Below, in pieces: positions 56,639 through 64,000 of a DNA stretch of 64,000 nucleotides. This DNA is from Patescibacteria group bacterium (GTDB lineage: Bacteria > Patescibacteriota > Patescibacteriia > Magasanikbacterales > UBA922): assembly GCA_018823045.1 (NCBI GenBank), contig JAHJIX010000002.1, forward strand, positions 128,846 through 192,845, in the 5' to 3' direction. Positions within the stretch are counted from its first letter, which is position 1, and the number at the start of each line of letters is the position of its first letter. The notes under the pieces were generated by a model. That model made no database searches. It worked only from the letters and a program-made list of their open reading frames with translations, and had not been told where the DNA came from. The position numbers and the translations under genes are program-made.

Positions 56639-58105
56639 TTAATTAGCTACTTCTTCTAGTAGATCACTATCAAGTAATTCTGCATCTGCTTCTTCTTCTT
56701 CTTCTTCTTCTTCAATAAGGTCTGTTGTATCGAGGGTCATGATTTTATCACCTGTATGTACATATACAATAAGAGACAAATTATCTACCTTTGCAAATGG
56801 GACTGTAGGGTTTCCTTCTTGTACTGATTTTACTCGTTCGAGGACCAATTGCATAATTCTGTGGCGAATAAGATTTGGATCAAGGTGACCATTTTGTTCT
56901 TGCTCAATGTCAGAGATGATTTTTTGAATTTCTCGTGAGAGTAGGTTATCTTCTGGTCCATCTGAACAGGTAATAACTACGTCACCTGCTTCAAGAGTTC
57001 CAAAATCAATAGGTTTTGCCATCTCAGCTTGTTGTTCTGGCGTCTTTATAAGGTTAAGGACTTGAGGGGGCCACTCTTCTTGTGGTTTGTTTTGAACAAA
57101 TCTTATTAATTTTTCAGGGATTTTATGTTCTGCCGCTAGTGTTTTAAGATCAAGCTGCCCCATGAGTATCTGACCTACCTCTTTTCTTTTGTCTAAATAA
57201 TCAGGATTATTATACAGTTCTTCTTCTTGTGTAAAGTCGACTGTAGTCAGATTTCCATCTTGAATTTTTTCAATATTTTCTCGATTACTTGCACGAGAAA
57301 TATAAATATTTCCATCACCTACAAGATATCCTGTAGCTTCTGCATTAGGGCCAATTTCAAGACCTGAATAAGTAGTCAGGTCTGCTATAGTATCTTCACC
57401 AAATGGATTGAAGCTGTCTTTACCAATTAGACCTACACGGTTTGCGCGTATTTGGGTTTCTTTTGATAATTCCTGAACACCCATTAAAATACCTTCTTGT
57501 ACAGTACCACCATTTTTTATGGAAGTGTCAACAGCTTGTGCAATAACTGATGAAGCATTTTCTCCATTTCGAGAAGTAGATACTCCATCTGCTATGGAAA
57601 ACACTACACGGCCGTCTGGAGCTTGTGTAATAACAAGGCTATCTTGTTGTTTTTCTTTACCGCCGTCGTGAAGGTCTGCTGCACATGTACCACCATCAAT
57701 TTCAGCTGTTTCTATAATAAGTCGACCCTCAGGGTATTTTTCTGCAAAAAGTGGTGTATCAAGTGATACTATAGTTGCCCCTTCACGTAATTCTCTTTTT
57801 GATATTTCTGGAATTTCTATTAGATCTTCATCTTCTAGCATGCCTATACCATCATCTTCTAATGTTGTGAGAGCAGTGTCAATTTCTGTTGCAGTAAATT
57901 CAGGTGCTTTAGCAATTTTAGCCCCTAGTTCTTCTGTAGGAGGGAGGTCGGTGGTTGTTTCAAATCCTTTTCCAAGTGCTTGGTCTATATCTGTATCCCA
58001 TTGTGTTTCTGCTGTTATGGGTGTTTTAACCACTTTTGGTGAAACAAATCCCTCAGTCTGTTGTAGGCCTAATGGTAGTGGTTTTTTTCTTCCTTCTGAA
58101 AACAT
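56639..58105 (-). CDS. PP2C (PPM) family Ser/Thr phosphatase-like protein with a long N-terminal region and an acidic poly-Glu tail
   Basis: PPM-like motifs FSIADGVSTSRNGENASSVIAQAV, GDVVITCSDGPEDNLLS and DNLSLIVYV. The C-terminus EEEEEEEEADAELLDSDLLEEVAN is encoded by a (CTT)8 tract. Confidence 0.6.
   Translation of the reverse strand: MFSEGRKKPLPLGLQQTEGFVSPKVVKTPITAETQWDTDIDQALGKGFETTTDLPPTEELGAKIAKAPEFTATEIDTALTTLEDDGIGMLEDEDLIEIPEISKRELREGATIVSLDTPLFAEKYPEGRLIIETAEIDGGTCAADLHDGGKEKQQDSLVITQAPDGRVVFSIADGVSTSRNGENASSVIAQAVDTSIKNGGTVQEGILMGVQELSKETQIRANRVGLIGKDSFNPFGEDTIADLTTYSGLEIGPNAEATGYLVGDGNIYISRASNRENIEKIQDGNLTTVDFTQEEELYNNPDYLDKRKEVGQILMGQLDLKTLAAEHKIPEKLIRFVQNKPQEEWPPQVLNLIKTPEQQAEMAKPIDFGTLEAGDVVITCSDGPEDNLLSREIQKIISDIEQEQNGHLDPNLIRHRIMQLVLERVKSVQEGNPTVPFAKVDNLSLIVYVHTGDKIMTLDTTDLIEEEEEEEEADAELLDSDLLEEVAN
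56689..56712. repeat. (CTT)8 trinucleotide microsatellite encoding poly-Glu
   Basis: Eight perfect CTT units on the plus strand, within the 3' end of the PP2C-like gene. Confidence 0.8.
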
Positions 58106-58143
58106 ACACTAATATATTAAAAATAGAAGTTAATTTGATGTAT

Positions 58144-58911
58144 CTATATAATATCACTTTTCCCAACAAACTTCCAATGTCCGACGGGTAAAGTTGTTAA
58201 ACGAATCTTTCCTAAGCGAGTACGGCGAAGGGTTTGCACGTGATAACCAAGTATGCCAAACATCTTTCTAATTTGTCTATTCTTTCCTTCTCGGAGTACT
58301 ATTGTTACAATTGTTTGTCTGCCTTTGTTAAATGTTTTTTTGATCTCAATTCCACGCACAAATTCTCCTTCACCAATATCCATACCTTTTTCAAGTACTG
58401 CTATACTTTTTTTATCAAGAGGTTTTGGCAAGGTTACTTCATACTCTTTAGCATGTTTAAAGCGTGGGTGGGTGAGTCTATTTGTTAGCTCTCCATCATT
58501 TGTTAAGAGTACTAATCCTTCTGAATCTTTGTCTAGTCGCCCCACAGGGTAGAGACGAACAGAATTAATTTGCTGCTTAATATCGTCTGTGGTTGTTTTG
58601 TAATAATTTTCTGCAGTAATAAGGTCTAATACCGATGGACCTTGTTCATTTGTTGTACTACAAATATAGTCAACCGGTTTATTTAACACAATATATTTAG
58701 GAGAGATCTGTTGTTTTTTTGTTGGAATATTTTGTTGTTCTGCTCGCATGCCATCAACAAAAATCACTGCAGTATCTGGATTTACTTTTGTAGCCATCTC
58801 AGTGACGAGTTTTCCATTTACTTTTACTTTGCCTGCAGCAATAAGCTCATCAGCCTTTCTTCTTGAGCAAATGCCCATGTGTGCAATAGCTTTATTTAAA
58901 CGAATATCCAT
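58144..58911 (-). CDS. RsuA/RluB family pseudouridine synthase
   Basis: N-terminal S4 domain (RLNKAIAHMGICSRRKADELIAAGKVKVNG) and catalytic VGRLDKDSEGLVLLTNDGEL. Confidence 0.85.
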   Translation of the reverse strand: MDIRLNKAIAHMGICSRRKADELIAAGKVKVNGKLVTEMATKVNPDTAVIFVDGMRAEQQNIPTKKQQISPKYIVLNKPVDYICSTTNEQGPSVLDLITAENYYKTTTDDIKQQINSVRLYPVGRLDKDSEGLVLLTNDGELTNRLTHPRFKHAKEYEVTLPKPLDKKSIAVLEKGMDIGEGEFVRGIEIKKTFNKGRQTIVTIVLREGKNRQIRKMFGILGYHVQTLRRTRLGKIRLTTLPVGHWKFVGKSDII

Positions 58912-58912
58912 A

Positions 58913-60133
58913 TTATGCTTTTCTTATATTTACGCGATTAATGCGTCGTTTACGTATTTCTTCTACTGTACAGACTACATCACCAAGAGGAATTTTGGCT
59001 CCTTTTCTTGGAAATTTTTGAAGTGTATCTAAAATAATTTCAGCAATCGTATCTAGGGCGTCTCCTGGAATATGCACATTTAAGAAATCATTAATATCTC
59101 GAATATCAGTGTCCCCCGCGACAAGAATTGTATTTTTATCGATACGTTTAATTAATTCTTCATCAATTTGATGCTCATCTGTTATTTCACCAACAAGCTC
59201 TTCAATAACATCTTTAAAGGTAATGATTCCTTCAGTTCCCCCAAATTCATCAACAACAATTCCCATGTGGGTTCTGTGTTTTTGAAATTCACGCATAACA
59301 TCATCAATAGGCATTTGTCCTGGGATGGTAATAATTGGACGAGCAATTGCTTTTACCACTGCAGTTTCTTGGTCTTTATGAAACGCTAACAGCACATCTC
59401 TTGCATGGACAAAACCAACAACAATATCGGGTGTTTCTCCAATGACAGGAAAGCGAGTGTGTGGCTTCTCTTCAATAATTTTTGCCGCTTCGGCAATAGT
59501 GTGGGTTTCTCGTATAAACGCCATGAGTACACGAGGGGTCATAATATCTTCTGCTGTAATATCATTAAACTTAAACAATCGCTCAATCATCACTCCCTCA
59601 TTTTGCTCTATAGATCCTTGTTGTAATCCTGTTTGTGCCATTGCCCTGAGTTCTTCTTCGCTAATTGTATCGGGGGTATCTTTTCCTGCAGTAATATTGG
59701 TAATCCATTCAAGAATTAATACAAATGGGTAGATGATAAATTGAAAAGATTGTAAAAAAGGAACAGCAAAAATTGCAAATTGTTTTTTATGGGTATTTGC
59801 ATGTGATTTTGGGATAATTTCTCCAAATACAAGGACAAGGAGTGTCATGATTCCTGTTGTAATTCCAATTACCGCAGAATCAAAAATTTTTCCCATAATA
59901 ACTGTTGCATAAGAAGATGCAGCAATGTTTACAATATTATTTCCTATAAGTATGGTTGCCAAAAGTCTTCGTGGCTTTTCTTTTAGTTTTTTTATTTTTC
60001 TAGATCGTGGAAGCTTGCGTTTAATCATGGCTTCTACTTTTGCATCAGTTAGAGAAATATAAGCAACTTCTGTTGCAGAAAAAAATGCTGAGAGGATAAG
60101 GAATAGTATTAAAATACTAATGTCTAAAAACAT
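58913..60133 (-). CDS. CNNM/HlyC-CorC family transporter (DUF21 + CBS pair + CorC_HlyC)
   Basis: N-terminal DUF21 TM domain (LSAFFSATEVAY), two CBS domains and a C-terminal CorC/HlyC transporter-associated domain. Confidence 0.85.
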   Translation of the reverse strand: MFLDISILILFLILSAFFSATEVAYISLTDAKVEAMIKRKLPRSRKIKKLKEKPRRLLATILIGNNIVNIAASSYATVIMGKIFDSAVIGITTGIMTLLVLVFGEIIPKSHANTHKKQFAIFAVPFLQSFQFIIYPFVLILEWITNITAGKDTPDTISEEELRAMAQTGLQQGSIEQNEGVMIERLFKFNDITAEDIMTPRVLMAFIRETHTIAEAAKIIEEKPHTRFPVIGETPDIVVGFVHARDVLLAFHKDQETAVVKAIARPIITIPGQMPIDDVMREFQKHRTHMGIVVDEFGGTEGIITFKDVIEELVGEITDEHQIDEELIKRIDKNTILVAGDTDIRDINDFLNVHIPGDALDTIAEIILDTLQKFPRKGAKIPLGDVVCTVEEIRKRRINRVNIRKA

Positions 60134-60331
60134 AAAATAGGGACAGGGGTTAATATATAGAAGACCCTTTAAAGAAGTCTCTTCTATTTTACCTAAATCT
60201 ACAGAAAAATCAAGAGGTAAAAGTAATAAAGTTCATAACTTTTTTATATAAATAGGATAAGACTCTATATTATTTTAATTATGAATATTTAAAAAGATGG
60301 GATAGCCCATCTTTTTTGGTATATGCTCGTA

Positions 60332-61744
60332 TTAATATCTATAATGATCAGGTTTGAAGGGTCCCTCTTGCTTAACTCCAATGTAATCAGCTTGTTCTTT
60401 GCTTAATTTAGTTAATTTTACGCCAATTTTAGCCAAATGTAAGCGAGCAACCTCTTCGTCAAGTACTTTTGGTAGACGGTGTACCTTTGTTGCGTATTCT
60501 TTCGTCCAGAGCTCTATTTGCGCTAATGTTTGGTTGGTAAAACTACTGCTCATCACAAAACTTGGGTGACCAGTAGCACATCCAAGGTTCATAAGGCGCC
60601 CTTGTGCAAGTAAATATATGCTGTTTCCACGAGGAAAGGTATATTTATCTACTTGTGGTTTAATTTCTTCTCGAATGATGTCTTTTCGTGCATTAAGGGC
60701 ATCAACTTGAATTTCATTGTCAAAATGTCCAATATTGCATACGACTGCCTCAGCTTTCATTGCTTCCATATGGTCGAGAAGAATGATATCTTTATTTCCA
60801 GTTGTGGTTACATAAATATCTGATGTACCAAGTGTTTCTTCTATCGGCAGCACTTCATATCCTTCCATTGCTGCTTGTAGTGCACAAATTGGATCAATTT
60901 CAGTTACCCTCACGCGACAACCTTGTCCGCGTAGTGCTTGAGCACAACCTTTTCCTACGTCGCCATATCCGCATACTACAGCTACTTTTCCACCAAGCAT
61001 GACATCCATTGCACGATTGAGGCCATCAATAACTGAGTGTCGACAACCAAACACATTGTCAAATTTACTTTTAGTGACGGAATCGTTCACGTTAATTGCA
61101 GGAAAGAGGAGTTTCTTTTCTTCATCCAATTGGTATAAACGATGTACACCAGTTGTTGTTTCTTCTGAAGTTCCTTTGATATGTTTTGCTACTTCTGTCC
61201 AACGTTGTGGGTTCTTTGTATATTCTTTTTTGAGAAGTGTCATCATTTCTCGTAAATCTTCTCCTTCTTTTGAATAATCTTTTTCTAACAGTGATGGATT
61301 TTTTTCAATTTCTACTCCTTTATGAATGAGGAGCGTTGCGTCAGCACCATCGTCAACAATAAGTGTTGGGCCTTCATTATTTCCAAAATCAAGTGCTCTT
61401 TCCGTACACCACCAATATTCTTCAATTGTTTCACCTTTCCATGCAAATACAGAAATACCTGCTTTAGCAATTGCTGCTGCCGCATGATCTTGTGTAGAAT
61501 AAATATTACAACTCACCCAACGAACTTCAGCTCCAAGTGCAACCAATGTCTCAATCAGTACGGCTGTTTGAATCGTCATGTGGAGACTGCCCATAATTTT
61601 TGCCCCTTTCAGTGGTTGTGATACTGCATATTTTGCACGAAGTGACATAAGTCCTGGCATTTCTTGCTCAGCAATAGTAATTTCTTTTCTACCAAGTTCT
61701 GCTAATGATAAATCTTTTACTTTGTATTTTGTTGTTTCGTTCAT
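60332..61744 (-). CDS. ahcY: Adenosylhomocysteinase
   Basis: [16 protein letters not shown]...MPGLM matches the SAHH N-terminus. The NAD-binding motif is [15 protein letters not shown]. The start is taken at the internal ATG at 61744. Confidence 0.9.
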   Translation of the reverse strand: MNETTKYKVKDLSLAELGRKEITIAEQEMPGLMSLRAKYAVSQPLKGAKIMGSLHMTIQTAVLIETLVALGAEVRWVSCNIYSTQDHAAAAIAKAGISVFAWKGETIEEYWWCTERALDFGNNEGPTLIVDDGADATLLIHKGVEIEKNPSLLEKDYSKEGEDLREMMTLLKKEYTKNPQRWTEVAKHIKGTSEETTTGVHRLYQLDEEKKLLFPAINVNDSVTKSKFDNVFGCRHSVIDGLNRAMDVMLGGKVAVVCGYGDVGKGCAQALRGQGCRVRVTEIDPICALQAAMEGYEVLPIEETLGTSDIYVTTTGNKDIILLDHMEAMKAEAVVCNIGHFDNEIQVDALNARKDIIREEIKPQVDKYTFPRGNSIYLLAQGRLMNLGCATGHPSFVMSSSFTNQTLAQIELWTKEYATKVHRLPKVLDEEVARLHLAKIGVKLTKLSKEQADYIGVKQEGPFKPDHYRY

Positions 61745-61752
61745 AGAAAAAA

Positions 61753-62706
61753 TTATCGGATAATAGCGTAAATCATGTAGGCAACATATAAGCCAATAAA
61801 TGTAACTCCTTGCCATCGTTGGATAGTGTGTTTTTTATGTACAAACATGGTGATAAATAAAATAAATGTTGCTCCTGTAGCAAAAAGTACATCAATATTT
61901 CCGTGTGCATCAAAAGGAAGCGGACGGATAATAGAAGATATTCCTAGAACCCAAAAGACGTTAAAGATATTTGAACCAATTGCATTTCCAATAGCTAAAT
62001 CAGTATGACCTTTTTTAACTGCAATGATAGTCGTTGCAAGCTCTGGGAGTGACGTTCCGACGGCAACGATGGTTAAACCAATGAGTGCCTCACTCATACC
62101 ACCAAGTATTGCAATATTTACTGCGTTATCTACAATAAGTTTTCCACCAATCGTGAGTCCGGCAAGGCCTAGTATAAACATGGTAAGAGATTGGGTCCAA
62201 GAATACATTTTTATTCCTTCTTGTTCTCCACTTACTTTGCTAATACCATAGGTGTAATAGATGAAAATAATAAAAAAGGAAAGGAGAATAATTCCATCAA
62301 TACGACTAATAACATTTATGCCACCACCTTCAAAAAAAATATCATTTCCCATAAGAGCTACCATAGTAATAGCAAGGAGGGCAAATGGAATTTCTTTAAA
62401 TGTTGTTCCTTCCTTTACTCGGAGGGTACGAATTGTAGCGCCTATTCCTAAAATAAGAAGAATATTTGCTAAATTACTTCCAACGATATTTCCAATTGCC
62501 AAATCAGTCGCACCCTTTGTTGCTGATAATATATTAACAACAAATTCAGGGGCAGATGTCCCAAAAGCCACAACAGTCAATCCAATAACAATACTTGATA
62601 TCCCCATTTTTCTTGCAGCAGAAGATGCGCCACGGACAAGATATTCGGCTCCTGCAACAAGAATGACAAGACCAATTACCAAATATAAAATATAGAGGAG
62701 AAGCAT
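61753..62706 (-). CDS. CaCA family sodium/calcium exchanger (YrbG-like)
   Basis: Two alpha-repeats, [18 protein letters not shown] and [20 protein letters not shown]. Confidence 0.85.
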   Translation of the reverse strand: MLLLYILYLVIGLVILVAGAEYLVRGASSAARKMGISSIVIGLTVVAFGTSAPEFVVNILSATKGATDLAIGNIVGSNLANILLILGIGATIRTLRVKEGTTFKEIPFALLAITMVALMGNDIFFEGGGINVISRIDGIILLSFFIIFIYYTYGISKVSGEQEGIKMYSWTQSLTMFILGLAGLTIGGKLIVDNAVNIAILGGMSEALIGLTIVAVGTSLPELATTIIAVKKGHTDLAIGNAIGSNIFNVFWVLGISSIIRPLPFDAHGNIDVLFATGATFILFITMFVHKKHTIQRWQGVTFIGLYVAYMIYAIIR

Positions 62707-62852
62707 AAATATAGATTAATAAATAATATGTGTATTATAGAGGAATAATATGAAAAACACAAGGTAAATACCTATATTTTTTTACGAGATATATATAATA
62801 AGCACACAAAAGGTACTCATAGATGAGTACCTTTTGTGTGCTGTATTTTATA

Positions 62853-63800
62853 CTATAAGGCAAGATTTATACTTTGATTGTAATTTTCTTCGTATCGTTT
62901 TTTGAATGTTTCAAGTGTATAATGGTGATTAATTGTGCCATAATGCTCAATGGCATATGCTGCTGCAACACTCGCAACTTTTGCACAGGTTTCTAAATCA
63001 TGTTTTTGGGCATATGCTGCAAAAAATCCTCCACGATATGCATCTCCAGCTCCTGTTGGGTCTTCAATAGACAGAACCTTACATGGCGGAATGGTAAATA
63101 CATTTTCTTTTGTTGCAACAACAGATCCTTTTTCTCCAAGGGTGGTAATTAAAATATCTACATGGTTTAATAATTCTTCTTTATCCCAACCAGTTTTTTC
63201 TTCTGTTAATTTTAATTCATAATCGTTGGCAATATATATATCCGCCAGCCCAATAGTTGCCATTAATTCTTGAGGAGTAAATGCACCTAATTGATGAGAT
63301 GGATCAAAACAAAATGGAATTTTTTTGTTATAACATTCTTTTGCGTGTTGGAGCATCGCTTCTTTTTTTGTTGGCGCAACAATGGCAAAACTTGTGTCTT
63401 CTTTAACATCATCAACATGTACTTCAGTAGCATGGTCTCCTGCACCATTGTAGTAGGCAATAATTTGATTACCATCTTTGTCACTAGTAATTTGTGCCAT
63501 AGAGCTAAGGACATTTTTTTGCATGGGGATGTTGCTTGTGTCAATATTATTTTTTTCAAAAAAAGAAAGGATTTCAGCACCATCATTACCCACAGGGCCG
63601 ATGACATGTGGTTTTTCTCCGAGGAGATTCATGGTGTAGGCAATATTTGTGGCACACCCTCCAATATTTTTTTGTAATTTATTGACCACAAAACAAACAT
63701 TTAAGATATGAATTTGATCAGGTAAAATGTGATTTTTAAAACTATCTGGAAAATCCATGATGTAGTCGTAGGCAAGTGAACCGCTGATAATTGTACTCAT
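62853..63800 (-). CDS. PfkB-family carbohydrate/nucleoside kinase (possible adenosine kinase)
   Basis: The PfkB signature DPTGAGDAYRGGFFAAY is present, and a GG dipeptide sits near the N-terminus. The adenosine kinase role is inferred only from adjacency to ahcY. Confidence 0.75.
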   Translation of the reverse strand: MSTIISGSLAYDYIMDFPDSFKNHILPDQIHILNVCFVVNKLQKNIGGCATNIAYTMNLLGEKPHVIGPVGNDGAEILSFFEKNNIDTSNIPMQKNVLSSMAQITSDKDGNQIIAYYNGAGDHATEVHVDDVKEDTSFAIVAPTKKEAMLQHAKECYNKKIPFCFDPSHQLGAFTPQELMATIGLADIYIANDYELKLTEEKTGWDKEELLNHVDILITTLGEKGSVVATKENVFTIPPCKVLSIEDPTGAGDAYRGGFFAAYAQKHDLETCAKVASVAAAYAIEHYGTINHHYTLETFKKRYEENYNQSINLAL

Positions 63801-64000
63801 ATTCTTTTATTTAGAAATTATTTCTGTGTGCTTTTATAATAACATGGAAAGTTTGTTTTTTACAAAGTGTATATAAATATGAAATAGATTATACAATTTT
63901 TTCCAAAACAACTAATCCTTCAATATGTGGAGTTCTTGGAAAAAAGTTATAGAGCTTTACAAAGACTGGACGGTATACTTCGCTGAGCATACGCATATCT

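Overview
This is a gene-dense, AT-rich bacterial chromosomal window that spans the replication-origin neighbourhood. Most of the sequence is recognisable housekeeping content.

The origin-linked genes appear in the classic order: dnaN and dnaA on the minus strand, then a non-coding region carrying DnaA boxes, then rpmH, rnpA and yidD on the plus strand. Other confident calls include polA, a class A penicillin-binding protein (PBP), gyrA, ileS behind a T-box leader, ftsH, trigger factor, ruvA, holA, rpsT, ribosomal protein S1, ychF, pepA, trxB, rpe, rpiB and ahcY. An oxidative-stress cluster (VIT transporter, peroxiredoxin, Fe/Mn superoxide dismutase (SOD)) sits at the left end. Three tRNAs are present (Cys-GCA, Arg-CCT, His-GTG), together with many intrinsic terminators. 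No CRISPR array, transposase or integrase was seen.

The gene content is compatible with a small-genome, Patescibacteria-like organism: a 2026-aa repeat-rich giant surface protein, a LysM-M23 peptidase, and few biosynthetic genes. That assignment is inference only.

The features that look accessory or novel are:
- A three-gene cassette at 49.1-51.4 kb between the S1 protein gene and ftsH. It has visibly higher GC than its surroundings, its own promoters and terminators, and encodes a DUF488-like protein plus two proteins with no recognisable family.
- Two adjacent paralogous cytoplasmic proteins at 53.3-55.9 kb built from a repeated, unrecognised module of about 80 aa. They lie next to a frameshifted ABC-2-type permease gene and a PP2C-like phosphatase with a poly-Glu tail.
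- The giant protein with two tandem halves containing LVIVD-type repeats, and an acidic Pro-rich tandem tail that is repeated at the DNA level.
- An 850-bp gene-free region carrying a pair of perfect DnaA boxes and TATACAAA-type repeats upstream of holA.
- A 700-bp gene-free region holding two copies of a TGTTTCATGTGAAACA palindrome plus another DnaA box.

All coordinates, motifs and translations were read by eye. GC differences and family assignments need computational confirmation.
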